A DNA stretch of 62,463 nucleotides, the filler included. It is 8 parts of 8 records of this genome, joined end to end, with 100 filler letters (N's around TTAATTAATTAA, not from the genome) between each part and the next. Parts side by side here need not be neighbours in the genome. Positions count along the whole stretch, not along the records: positions 27,221 to 33,664 come from SRR31156797_56110; positions 33,765 to 41,821 come from SRR31156797_56121; 6 more parts are not named here. One strand, written 5' to 3'. The notes under the pieces were generated by a model. The model searched no databases, was not told the DNA's origin, and saw only the letters and a program-made list of their open reading frames with translations. How positions within the stretch are numbered: position 1 is the stretch's first letter; every line of letters starts with the position of its first letter. Below, piece by piece: positions 27,303-37,239 of this stretch. The translations under genes were made by a program, and so were the position numbers.

Positions 27303-30300
27303 TCAGAGTGATGGACCTCCGGGCGATCCGCCGTTGAGGTCGCTGGCCTGCCAGTTCTCCGGCAAGGCCGGGTCCGCGGCCACATCAATAACCTCCAGCG
27401 AAGGCCCAGTCCCATCGGCCAGGACCGGCCAGGGATCCTCTGTGCCGTAGGTGAGCTCCAGCAACGTCTGGTCCTCGGCGTCAACGAGTTTGATGTGTTC
27501 GCCGCTGTTGGAGAGCCGTCCGGTGTACACACCGACGACGGGTAGATCGAAACCATAGCGCATCTCAAACGCATCGAGATTCTTGACGACCAGCACGTAT
27601 TGCCCAGGCTCGAGCCAGGGCTCAGCGATGTCGGTGAAGTCGAACTCGATGCCGTCAACAAAGCGCACACCCGCCAGATTGAGCGGAGCGGTGCCCGGAT
27701 TGACGAGTTCGACGAATTCGAAGTCGTTCTCGTTGTCGAAGCCGGCCGCCTGTTCGGCCTCGGTTGGATCGGCAGGATGATAGTGCAACTCGGTGATGGC
27801 CAACGCCGGCGAACCCACTGAGAAAGTCGCTTCGCTGAGAGCGCTCCATTCGAATCCGTCGAATGCCCGCGCCTTGATCGTGGTTGTGTCTGCCAGCGTG
27901 ATGGGGCCGACGTACTCGTGGGCGACAGGCTGCTCCGCGGTGACGCGCCGCTGCCCGACGACGAGTTCGGCATCGATGAGGAAGTCGGAGCTGCCTAGCG
28001 AGACATTCAGGCCGTGAAGCGCCAAGATGTTCTGGCCCGGTTCGAGAGCGCCAACAGAGGTACTTACGTCAAGACTTCTAAACTGCACGGCGGCTGAATC
28101 GTCATGGCCGGCCGTCGCGGCAGCGTTCCATTGGACGGTGCCGGGGGCGTTTTCGGAGGCGATCAAGGTCCCATTGAGATAGGCGACAAAGCCGTCGTCG
28201 TAGCGCATCCGCAGGGTCATGAAGTTCAGTTGATTCAGTGTCTCTGCGTCGAGAGAGAACGGAATGCGGATGAACACCGATGTCACGGTCCCGCGCATCG
28301 GCTCATCGACGTCGATGCCAATGAGGCTGTCGTAGTCGGCACTCGTGTCATAGCCCACGCCGTGACTGCCGGATATCCAGGCCGAATCGTCGACGCCGCC
28401 GACCGTGCGCCACGCCGAATCGAGGGCGCTTCCGCCATTGACCGTCGAGGGGACCAGTACCTTCTTCTGGCTATTGCTGGCGAGAAGTGTCGTCCGCGAG
28501 AGTTCCTCGATTTGGACGGGCACGATCGGGTCGGTTCCGTCCACGGTGTAGTAGATCGTCCCGGCGGTCGCGTCCAGGGACACTTCAAATCCCGCCTCCA
28601 CACGTCCGCCCGGCTGACTGAAGACGGGGGCATCGATGTGAGGATAAAGCCCCGCGTTGCGGAACTGCTCCAGAACAATCTCCGAGCGTCGGGGGAAGTA
28701 GTTCGTCAGGAGACTGTCGCGCTGCCGGGTCCAGTGCTCGTCCCGGGTATACGGAGTATTGCTGAGCTGATCGCCCCAGCGGGCCGATTCTCCCACGATG
28801 GCGTGCTCGATGAGGTCGGCCCGGGCGGCAAAGCGCGCGGCCGGCCGGTTGTCTTCCGGGTGCGCCGGATCCCAATCGGGATGGTCGGGATTCACATACA
28901 GGGCACCGCCGTTGAAGAAGTGCCGGTGGACGTGGTCGGCGAACAGCGTGCGGAACTGGGCGTTGGCTCGCAAGGCGCCGTAGGGACGAGCCACCGCATT
29001 GTTCACGGAAGTGCGGTCGGAATTCAGGCCGGAAAGGGCGGTCTCGGTATCCCAGGGGTAGAACTGGAAGCCGTCGCCGTTGTTGCGATCGCGTCCGGCC
29101 CACCAGTTCCGATGAGGCCAGTCGCTGTTGCCCACGTAGAAATTCAGGATCATGTAGTCGATCATGTTCTCTACGTCCAGCAGATCCTCGTAGTCCGGAT
29201 TGCGCGTGCCGTCCGGGTTGTTGCCCTGGAGGCGTTGATAGACCTCGTTGTCGGATACGTCTTGATTCAGCAGTGCCAGCAACCGATTCCAGGCATCATA
29301 GTTGCCATCGGGGGCCGAGTCCTGGTTGAGGGCATCCCAGGAGTCCTTGTCGCCTCCGCGATAAGAAGCAGAGAACGCGGCGTCGGGACGTTCCACCGGA
29401 TTGTACAGTCCCCAGTAGAAGCCATTGATGTAGAGGTGGACGAATGTGGTGTGAGAGGCCGCGTTGCCCATGGCGCGGACGGTGTCCATGGCGAAAGCAT
29501 CACGGACATACAGGGCACCGCCGCCGCCATAGCGCCAGGCGTCGTTGCTGTTGGCGCGCAGGATGAAATTGTCGAACTCATCCACGGCGTCCGGCCCGAA
29601 GAGCGGATAGCGGAGCCGGGTGGCTCCGTACTCCTCGCGAAAGACCAGCCGAAAGGATTTCTTCAGTGTCAGGTCGAACCGTCGGAAGGCGCCGCCTTGA
29701 ATGCGTATGCCGGCGTTTTCCTGAAATCCTTCCTGACCATCCGGATAGATCAGTTCCAGCGAGGCCGGCCGCTCCCAGTTTTCGCCGCGACTGGTCGGGT
29801 TCGCGTAAATGCCCTGGGGCCCGAACATGTTATCGATATCTGTGACGATAGACATGGAGGGCAAAGCTTGCAGATCCTCCTTGATCGTGGCGGCGTACTT
29901 CCCGTCGAAATCGTCCTGGCCCGCCGGACCGATCACACGCCGGTCCAGGCCGTAGTCTGCCGCCTGACCGTTCCAGCTTGCCGGAAGCCCGGCGGCCAGT
30001 GCTGCCGCCTGGTTCTGGGCCGCGATGTCCTCCACGAACAGGTAGGTATGAGTCACTACCTGCGACGGTCGCCATCCGTCCAGAAAAGCGGCCACGCGCA
30101 GCGTGGTCGTCCGGTCGATGAGGATCGGGCCGACATACTCGTTGCCTGTGGTCGGCGTCGGTGTGCTGCCGTCCAAGGTGTAAAGAAGGGTCGCGCCGTC
30201 GGTCAGGCACGCCAGTGCCACTTCGAATGGACTGTCATAGAAGCCGCGTTCGATGTCAACGAAGGGATCGGATACCAGTCCCAGACTGATCTGGCCGTTC

Positions 30301-31817
30301 ACATTTCCCGGAGTGGGCGATTCGAAGTACCCGTTGTCTCCGATGATCACCTGCGTGTTCTCAAGCTGAACCTGGATCAGGAAATCGGGGCTGTCGGCCC
30401 TATCGTTGAGGGCTTGAATCGCCAGGACATTGGCGCCCGGCTGAACCAGGTGCGCAACGTCGCTGAGGTCGAATCGTTCCGAGACCAGGGCCAGATCGTG
30501 CGGACGATCTGCGGTTGCCGTGGAGTTGTAGGTCAGAAGTTCCGGGGCGTGGGAGCGGGCGACTTCGACGCCGTTCAAGAAGGCCACGAACCCGTCATCG
30601 TAGCGAACGTGTAGGGCGAGCCAGTCCAGCGGCTGCGTCGCCTCGACGGTGAACGGTATCCGCAGGTACATCGACGCGTGGCGTCCAACCATGTCCGTCT
30701 CGACGTCGGTTCCGATCAGGTCGGCGAACGCCGTTGCCGACCCGAGACTTCCGAGAAACTCCACCTCGGCAATCTGCATCGCGACGGCGGCATTGGCATT
30801 CCGCACGGTCGGGAACAGGAGCTGGTAATGGGTGTAGGCCTGGTCGTTGGCAAAGGCGAGTTCCACCGTGTAGAACCGCGACGGGAAATCGGGTATGCTC
30901 CCGCGGGCAATTTCCACAAAGCTGTGGCCGTCGGTCGATCCGGACAGCACAAAACTGGTCGGATCTCTCTCCACGGCGTCGTTGGCCGAGGTCAGGCGCA
31001 GGCCGGTGACGACGGATGGCCCGGTCGAGGGAGTGACGGTGAACCCGGCGTTCAATTTGTCGAAGTTGAGGTATTTTGTGTGAGTGTCATTGTCGATCGC
31101 TTTATCGACTTCTTCATTCGCGGGCGAATTGAACGACGTGGGATCGATCCAATCGCCCGGTTGAGCGACATCCTCCAGCAGGACGTCGGACGCCGGTGTG
31201 TGATCGTATCCGATTCCCATATCGGCCCATGCCCAGGCCGAATCATCAAAGCCCGGCGTAATCCAGTCGGTGCCGAGGCCGTCGTCTTCCGGCAGGAGCA
31301 TTCGAGCAGCCCCTTCGTTCGAAACCAACAGCGTTGTTTCGATTCCCATCAGGGCCCCATACGAGACGTCGCCGATCTGCCGGGGATACTCCGGGAAGAA
31401 CTCCGTGGCTATCGTCATTCCGTCGGGACGAACCAGGGCCAGGTATTCTCCCTCGCGATTCAGCTTGAAGCTCGTATGCAACTCGCCGTTGGGGGCGGCG
31501 CGGTCCTTTCCGGAGGCGAACACCTGAAGGAAGCTCTGTCCGCCAATGACGACCTCGGGGAATTGCCATTGCGTCAGATCCTGGGCATCGTTGGAAAGAT
31601 ACCAGCCGCCGATCGAGACAGGCTCCCGGCCCGTATTGTGGATCTCAATCCAATCGCTGAAAGCGCCATCCTCATCCTGCCTACCAGCGTGATTGGCGGC
31701 CATGAACTCGGTGATCATCAGATCCTGCGCCGGAAGAATCGTCTCGGGCAGGGCCAAGAGGAAGGAAAATGCGGTCAGGAGCAAATGCTTCGTCACGGTG
31801 TGATTAATTGTCTTCAT
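27303..31817 (-). CDS. Secreted multidomain protein: lamin-tail domains, CotH kinase, Fn3-like/CHB_HEX_C and carbohydrate-binding-like domains
   Basis: Signal peptide. LTD motifs ITEFMAAN..DWIEIHN and ITELHYHP..EFVELVN. CotH motifs RIQGG..KKSFRL, LYINGFYWGLYNPVERPD, NSDWPHRNW, PWDTE. YTLDGSTP and YYTVDGTDP. Confidence 0.88.
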   Translation of the reverse strand: MKTINHTVTKHLLLTAFSFLLALPETILPAQDLMITEFMAANHAGRQDEDGAFSDWIEIHNTGREPVSIGGWYLSNDAQDLTQWQFPEVVIGGQSFLQVFASGKDRAAPNGELHTSFKLNREGEYLALVRPDGMTIATEFFPEYPRQIGDVSYGALMGIETTLLVSNEGAARMLLPEDDGLGTDWITPGFDDSAWAWADMGIGYDHTPASDVLLEDVAQPGDWIDPTSFNSPANEEVDKAIDNDTHTKYLNFDKLNAGFTVTPSTGPSVVTGLRLTSANDAVERDPTSFVLSGSTDGHSFVEIARGSIPDFPSRFYTVELAFANDQAYTHYQLLFPTVRNANAAVAMQIAEVEFLGSLGSATAFADLIGTDVETDMVGRHASMYLRIPFTVEATQPLDWLALHVRYDDGFVAFLNGVEVARSHAPELLTYNSTATADRPHDLALVSERFDLSDVAHLVQPGANVLAIQALNDRADSPDFLIQVQLENTQVIIGDNGYFESPTPGNVNGQISLGLVSDPFVDIERGFYDSPFEVALACLTDGATLLYTLDGSTPTPTTGNEYVGPILIDRTTTLRVAAFLDGWRPSQVVTHTYLFVEDIAAQNQAAALAAGLPASWNGQAADYGLDRRVIGPAGQDDFDGKYAATIKEDLQALPSMSIVTDIDNMFGPQGIYANPTSRGENWERPASLELIYPDGQEGFQENAGIRIQGGAFRRFDLTLKKSFRLVFREEYGATRLRYPLFGPDAVDEFDNFILRANSNDAWRYGGGGALYVRDAFAMDTVRAMGNAASHTTFVHLYINGFYWGLYNPVERPDAAFSASYRGGDKDSWDALNQDSAPDGNYDAWNRLLALLNQDVSDNEVYQRLQGNNPDGTRNPDYEDLLDVENMIDYMILNFYVGNSDWPHRNWWAGRDRNNGDGFQFYPWDTETALSGLNSDRTSVNNAVARPYGALRANAQFRTLFADHVHRHFFNGGALYVNPDHPDWDPAHPEDNRPAARFAARADLIEHAIVGESARWGDQLSNTPYTRDEHWTRQRDSLLTNYFPRRSEIVLEQFRNAGLYPHIDAPVFSQPGGRVEAGFEVSLDATAGTIYYTVDGTDPIVPVQIEELSRTTLLASNSQKKVLVPSTVNGGSALDSAWRTVGGVDDSAWISGSHGVGYDTSADYDSLIGIDVDEPMRGTVTSVFIRIPFSLDAETLNQLNFMTLRMRYDDGFVAYLNGTLIASENAPGTVQWNAAATAGHDDSAAVQFRSLDVSTSVGALEPGQNILALHGLNVSLGSSDFLIDAELVVGQRRVTAEQPVAHEYVGPITLADTTTIKARAFDGFEWSALSEATFSVGSPALAITELHYHPADPTEAEQAAGFDNENDFEFVELVNPGTAPLNLAGVRFVDGIEFDFTDIAEPWLEPGQYVLVVKNLDAFEMRYGFDLPVVGVYTGRLSNSGEHIKLVDAEDQTLLELTYGTEDPWPVLADGTGPSLEVIDVAADPALPENWQASDLNGGSPGGPSL

Positions 31818-32188
31818 CAAGCCTCTCCGACTACACCCTCATGCTCGGGCTGTTCTCTAAACCGCGAGCTTCTAACACCCGATGCAGGAGCAAGGCATGG
31901 AACGCACCGAAGCACCTTTGTAGTCAGCAGGGCGAGCTACGGAATTCGATTCATATCTGCATGCGACACGATACCCTATGATACCGAAATGGGCCTGTGA
32001 AGTCAATGAGATCGTCGCTCCCAGGGCGGTTGGCGCCGCCGTCGAACGTCCAGATGCTATTGCCCGTTGGATGGCCGGCAAGAACGTGCTGGCGGATTGG
32101 ATGAGGGTATGTTACAAAATCACCGAGCGGCCGGCTCGATAGGGCGGGGCGCCGAGATGTGGACCAGGCAGATGCCGGAGGAACGCCA

Positions 32189-33457
32189 ATGGATCTGAAT
32201 CGTCGTCGGTTCTTGGAAGTCGCGACCTGTGCCGGTGCGGCAGCGGCGCTCGGGGGGTGCCGAACCATCAGCGGCCGATCCGCCGCGGGCGCTAAGCCAA
32301 CTTCCGTCACCACCGGGCAACTGGAGGAGGCCGCGTCGCGTCCTGTCCTACAATTGGCCGGTCTCGATAGGCCGCTGGTGACCGAGTCGATTCAGTTACT
32401 CCGTAAGGACCGGGAGTACTTCGTGCATGTGCGGTCCCAGGACGGTGCCGAAGGCATTGCGGTGACCAACAGTCGAGCGGCGATGCTGCATCCGATCCTC
32501 AACCGGCGCGTGATTCCGTATTTCATCGGCAAAGATGCCCGCGATCTGGAGGAGCATCTGTTTGGCGTGTACCGCTACCAGAGCAATTATAAGTTCCAGG
32601 GCCTGGCGTTGTGGTGCCCGGTGGCGTGGGTGGAGTTCGCGATCCTGGATATGCTGGGCCGGGCGTTGGACAAGTCCATGGGCGAGTTATTCGGCCCGGT
32701 GGTTCGACGCGAGGTTCCTTTCTACGTCGCCGGTGGTCGGCGGGACAGCACGGCCGAGGAGGAGGTCGAGTACCTTCAGGGACTGATCGACGAGACTGGC
32801 GCCAAAGCCGTCAAGTTCCGGGTCGGGGGGCGCATGAGCCGCAACGCCGACGCGCTGCCGGGCCGGACAGCGAAGTTGATTTCGCTTTCGCGCCAAGTGC
32901 TGGGCGACGAGATCGCGATTCACGCCGATTCCAACAGTTCCTACGACCCGCCCCAAGCGATTGAGGTGGGGAAGATGCTCGAGGACATCGGGGCGATCTA
33001 CTTCGAGGAGCCCTGTCCCTTCGATCATCTGGAGGATACCAAGCGTGTCACGGACGCGCTGACGATTCCCGTGGCCGGGGGCGAGCAGGAATTCAGCCAG
33101 CGGCGCTTTCGCTGGATGATCGCCAACCGCGGCGTCGATATCGTCCAGCCCGACCTGCAATACTACGGCGGATTGATCCGCAGCACGCGGGTGGCGCGCA
33201 TGGCGGCGCTGGCCGAGATGCCGACGACGGTCCATATCTCCGGTGGCTTCGGCTTCATCTACATGCTACACTTCGCTTCGTATACGCCCGACATCGGTCT
33301 GTACCAGGAGTACAAGCGCAATATCGAGCGGTATCGCGACTGGTTCGATCCGGCTCTTGAGATGGGAGACGGCGCGTTGATCGTGCCGGGCGGGCCGGGC
33401 GTGGGGATCGCAAATATAGCGGATGTGCTCAAAGGCGCTGAGTTGGTTAAGAGCTAA
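32189..33457 (+). CDS. Tat-exported mandelate racemase/muconate lactonizing (enolase superfamily) enzyme
   Basis: GGAGG RBS, LNRRRFL...[21 protein letters not shown], metal ligands ADSN, FEEP, GGEQ, and VQPD...GG. Confidence 0.85.
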   Translation: MDLNRRRFLEVATCAGAAAALGGCRTISGRSAAGAKPTSVTTGQLEEAASRPVLQLAGLDRPLVTESIQLLRKDREYFVHVRSQDGAEGIAVTNSRAAMLHPILNRRVIPYFIGKDARDLEEHLFGVYRYQSNYKFQGLALWCPVAWVEFAILDMLGRALDKSMGELFGPVVRREVPFYVAGGRRDSTAEEEVEYLQGLIDETGAKAVKFRVGGRMSRNADALPGRTAKLISLSRQVLGDEIAIHADSNSSYDPPQAIEVGKMLEDIGAIYFEEPCPFDHLEDTKRVTDALTIPVAGGEQEFSQRRFRWMIANRGVDIVQPDLQYYGGLIRSTRVARMAALAEMPTTVHISGGFGFIYMLHFASYTPDIGLYQEYKRNIERYRDWFDPALEMGDGALIVPGGPGVGIANIADVLKGAELVKS

Positions 33458-33473
33458 CCTTGGGAGGTTGAAT

Positions 33474-33664
33474 ATGGGTTCCGATCGATCGCTATCGAGA
33501 AGGCGATTCTTACGAAACAGTGCTCTGTTTGCCGGGGGAGGGCTTATGGCCCCGTCGCTACGGCGGGTCGGTGCGGGTCAGAGCCAGAAGCGGCCGAACA
33601 TCGTCTGGATCACGTGCGAGGATACGGGACCGGAGCTGGGTTGCTACGGCGATGACTACGCCGT
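33474..33664 (+). CDS. Sulfatase, N-terminal fragment with Tat signal
   Basis: [24 protein letters not shown]. Truncated by the contig end. Confidence 0.8.
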
Positions 33665-33764
33665 NNNNNNNNNNNNNNNNNNNNNNNNNNNNNNNNNNNN
33701 NNNNNNNNTTAATTAATTAANNNNNNNNNNNNNNNNNNNNNNNNNNNNNNNNNNNNNNNNNNNN
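33665..33764. other. Artificial contig linker 4
   Basis: N44-TTAATTAATTAA-N44. Confidence 0.99.
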
Positions 33765-34394
33765 CTCCTCGAGCTCCTCATCCTCCTCCAGCTCAATTTC
33801 TTCGATATCATCCTCGGCTTCTTCGACCTTCTCCTCGATTTCCTCCTGCTCAAGGGCTGTGAGATCACCATTGGCAGCCTTGGTGAGAATGGTTTTTATA
33901 TGTTTGATGATATCAAGGGGGTCCCTGTCATCGCCGGTGTCTTTTTCCATATTGGCCAGGAATTCCGTAACCATCTTGAGAATATCGGTGACCTGGTTGA
34001 CGTCGAGATCTCCGGTGCTGATTGCGTCCGTAAATGAGCTGAGCAGACTGTTTTTGGCTTCGTCGGTCATATCGAAGATGTTTTTATCCGTGATGGTAAG
34101 GTTTTCCGGGTTTTCATCTTCGGGGGAGAGTTTTTTCAGGTCGCCATTGATGGATGACCTTACGCTTGTGAAGTTTCTGCGCTTTTTTTTGATCTTTTCG
34201 ATATCTCTTCCGGTATCCCAGATGGACTGGATCAACTCGTCCGTGGCGATATAGGTGAGTTTGGTCAACGACTCCTCATCGGTATAATGGGAGCGTATGG
34301 CCGTGATGACCCGGTGTTTTATGGAATTCATCTTGTAATTGAGGCTGGTTATTGCCTTGTCAATTCCGCTGAGTGTTCTGGACGCAGTTATCAA
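33765..34394 (-). CDS. Hypothetical protein, N-terminal part, running into a Glu/Asp-rich low-complexity region
   Basis: Open frame from TTG 34394 to the contig edge, ending EEIEEKVEEAEDDIEEIELEEDEELEE. Confidence 0.7.
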
Positions 34395-34554
34395 AGCCGC
34401 TGTATCTCCTGGTGATGGTTGTCATTGGGGGTATTATGGATGAAAACGGCAATTATTTCAACCATGGGAGCCGCCGCGGGAAAATCAGTAAAACAGATGT
34501 TTTATTTATACTGTGGGATTGAAAAAAATGATGGTTGTGGTAGAACATCTAAGT

Positions 34555-35319
34555 ATGTGCAAAAAGATTACAATAGCAGGCCCAAAGGGAGGAAACGGCA
34601 GGAGCGTAACGGCTGTCAATCTCGCTGCCTCCCTTGCTCTTCTGGAAAAGAGGACATTGCTTGTGGATTGTGATCCCCGGGCCTGTTCAACCTTGTTTGC
34701 GGGATTCGATGATTCTACTCTTTCCTGTGACTTGGGTTCCGTTCTGTCCGGAAAGGTTGCACTGTCAGAGGCTGTTTTCACGACCCGGCTCAGGTTCATG
34801 GATCTTTTGCCGTCAAGCTTCAACCTGTTCCACGCAGCATCCCGGCTCTCCCTGAATGCCGGAAACGAAAGGATCCTCAGGATTTTCCTCAGGGAGTTAA
34901 GGACGGAGTATGAGTACATGATCATCGATTCCCCCGCCTCCTACAGTTTTCTGACCGTAACGGCCCTGGCCGCTGCCGACTGGCTGGTGGTGCCGTTCCA
35001 ATGCACCCGGGAAAATGTCGAGGACTTTTCTACCCTGCTCAGGATGGTGCGCCATGTCAGGAGCAATTTCCAGGAGCGTTTGAAGATTGCGGGTCTTCTC
35101 TTCAATCAATGCGGTTCCAGGGAGGAGATCGACCGCTTTCTGGCCGAAAGCGACCTGAATGGGGTGGAGGACATTGTCTACAAGAGTTTCGTGCCCAGGG
35201 ATGATGCCATACGGGCCGCTGGGGAAGAGGGCAAACCTGTTGCGCTTTATGATGTTGAAAGTCCCGCTGCAAGGGCTTATCTTGATGTTGCGAACGAAGT
35301 GATTTCATCCTTTAACTGA
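34555..35319 (+). CDS. ParA/Soj family protein with a deviant Walker A
   Basis: KGGNGRSVTAVNLAASLA, LLVDCDP, MIIDSPAS, ALAAAD.LVVP, GKPVALYD..S.AARAY. Confidence 0.88.
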   Translation: MCKKITIAGPKGGNGRSVTAVNLAASLALLEKRTLLVDCDPRACSTLFAGFDDSTLSCDLGSVLSGKVALSEAVFTTRLRFMDLLPSSFNLFHAASRLSLNAGNERILRIFLRELRTEYEYMIIDSPASYSFLTVTALAAADWLVVPFQCTRENVEDFSTLLRMVRHVRSNFQERLKIAGLLFNQCGSREEIDRFLAESDLNGVEDIVYKSFVPRDDAIRAAGEEGKPVALYDVESPAARAYLDVANEVISSFN

Positions 35320-35326
35320 TGGGGCG

Positions 35327-35749
35327 GTGGAAATGAAGATAACAAATCCGGAAACGATCCTGGCCAGTGAGAAAGAGTTCATTGATACCATAAATGCCGA
35401 GCTTGACTGGGAAGCCATTGAGGCCATGCTGTTTGAAAAGCACAATTTCACCCTTGAGGAGGAGGTTGACTACAAAAAGGGAGATCTTGTTGTCTTTAAC
35501 GATCAGATCGCTTATAAGTTTGATTTTCATATAAAGGTTCCTCTTTCGGTGGTGTTTGGACGGGATGGGACCTGCCTTGAAATTTCCACATCGGGCAGTG
35601 ATGATAACCCGCCTGAAGAAGATGAAGAGGAGGAGGAAGCCTTCCGGGATTTCCAGGCAAACGGCTGTAACAGAGAAAACGAGAATATCTCCGGCATGGC
35701 TTCGACCATTGCAGAGATGATTACCGACATAAACCAGGGAGATGAATAA
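35327..35749 (+). CDS. Acidic hypothetical protein
   Basis: Tightly coupled ORF with a globular N-terminus and acidic tail PEEDEEEEEA. Start may be the ATG at 35333. Confidence 0.75.
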   Translation: MEMKITNPETILASEKEFIDTINAELDWEAIEAMLFEKHNFTLEEEVDYKKGDLVVFNDQIAYKFDFHIKVPLSVVFGRDGTCLEISTSGSDDNPPEEDEEEEEAFRDFQANGCNRENENISGMASTIAEMITDINQGDE

Positions 35750-37236
35750 TGAGTGACCAATCCCCCCCTGAGAATGGGTATGACCCCTTATTCGTGAGGA
35801 AGCAGCTTGACGAGATCCTTGCACAAGAGATCACATCGTTTATCGCTATGGATTCCGATGCTGCCTTGGGGGCTTACAATCTTGCAACCCTGTCCTGCAT
35901 TGTCATTGCCGTTGAAAGAGAGCAGGAAATAAAAAAATTCCCCGATTTTCCACCGGAGCGTTATACCCGGGAATCGTTCATAGAAGAACTTGCGGAGATC
36001 GGTCTCAATGGGATCGATGACCTGGAGCAGACCGTGACTTCGGTGATGGAGATGGGGTATATCCACCTCAACGAAAAAGGGGAGCTTCAGGCCGAGGCCT
36101 CTGCCTATACCATGGCCGGTTTTCTCAATACCATGTTCCCGGGTATGCCGGGGATGAACCTCATTGCCTTTGTTCTGCAGATGAACGATGAGGTGAATTC
36201 AGGTCGGAAAAACCTGGATCTCGCAAAGGCAAGCTTTGCCCAGACCCTGAAATCCAGGGGCGTTTCCGTGACCCGGGAGAAGGCCGAGGCCAAGGCGAGC
36301 GAACTTGCCAAGCCAAAACCCTCTCCCGCAGTCTCCCGCCGTTCACTGGAGAGCAGCAGGGCCGTGTCCCGTAAGCTCAAGGAGAGTGCGGCAAAACAGA
36401 TCGCAGCGCTTCGGAAACGATCCACTGCCAAGCCCGGCCTTTACTCCAGCGACGGCTCCATGTCGGAGCGGACAACGGTGAAGGATGTCTTTGGCGCGGG
36501 ACCCTCTGAAGCGGAGCTCGAGGCCGAGCGGGCCGCTCTTGAGGCTGCCGAGCAGGAAAAGCGCGAAGCCCGGGCCCGGGAGCTGGCCGAGCGTGAGGCC
36601 AGGATCCGGGAGGCCGAAGAGCGAGCCAAAGAGTTGGAGGCTCGCGAACAAAGGCTGAAAGAGGCCCAGGTGGCTGCGGAAGAAGCGGAACAGAAGGCCC
36701 GGGAACTTGTGGAGCAGGAGGCCGCGTCCATTGCCGCAAAGGAGGCCGAACTCAAGGCCATGGAGGCGAAGCTGGCGGCGGAGAAGGAGCGGATGCTCCT
36801 TGAAAAGGAAGCGGCGGAACAGGCCGCCCTGGAAAAAGCCGCCCAGGAAGCGGAAGCGGAAGAGGACGCGCCGGAAGAGGATATCGAATCCAGGATTGCC
36901 GCCTTTGAAGAAAAGCTGGCCATGCCCTGTCCCCTGTGCAACCAGGGAAGTATCGTTTCCGAGACCACGCCCAAGGATAAGACCTATTACAGTTGTTCGA
37001 ACAAGGAGTGCCGGTTTGTCAGCTGGGACAAACCCTACCATTTTGAATGTCCATTGTGTAAGAATCCCTTTCTGACGGAGATGGAGACCCCCACAGGGGA
37101 GAAGGGACTTAAATGTCCCAGGGCTGCCTGCTCCTACAACCAGAATAATCTCCTGGACCCGGCCCAGAACATTGCTGCCAAGGCCAAGGGACCGAAGAGG
37201 AAAAAGAAAATAGTCAGGAGGGTAAAGAGGAGATAG
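35749..37236 (+). CDS. Coiled-coil protein with C-terminal topoisomerase-type C4 zinc ribbons
   Basis: A/E/K/R-rich helix, CPLC..CSNKEC and CPLC..CPRAAC, basic tail KRKKKIVRRVKRR. No TOPRIM or catalytic core visible. Confidence 0.8.
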   Translation: MSDQSPPENGYDPLFVRKQLDEILAQEITSFIAMDSDAALGAYNLATLSCIVIAVEREQEIKKFPDFPPERYTRESFIEELAEIGLNGIDDLEQTVTSVMEMGYIHLNEKGELQAEASAYTMAGFLNTMFPGMPGMNLIAFVLQMNDEVNSGRKNLDLAKASFAQTLKSRGVSVTREKAEAKASELAKPKPSPAVSRRSLESSRAVSRKLKESAAKQIAALRKRSTAKPGLYSSDGSMSERTTVKDVFGAGPSEAELEAERAALEAAEQEKREARARELAEREARIREAEERAKELEAREQRLKEAQVAAEEAEQKARELVEQEAASIAAKEAELKAMEAKLAAEKERMLLEKEAAEQAALEKAAQEAEAEEDAPEEDIESRIAAFEEKLAMPCPLCNQGSIVSETTPKDKTYYSCSNKECRFVSWDKPYHFECPLCKNPFLTEMETPTGEKGLKCPRAACSYNQNNLLDPAQNIAAKAKGPKRKKKIVRRVKRR

Positions 37237-37239
37237 TGA

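Noticed and set aside
28104-32000. Long plus-strand ORFs of 836 aa and 440 aa
   Set aside because: Antisense shadows of the GC-rich CotH gene with no recognisable motifs.
35749-37236. DNA topoisomerase I (topA)
   Set aside because: Only C-terminal zinc ribbons resemble it. No TOPRIM or catalytic domain is visible.
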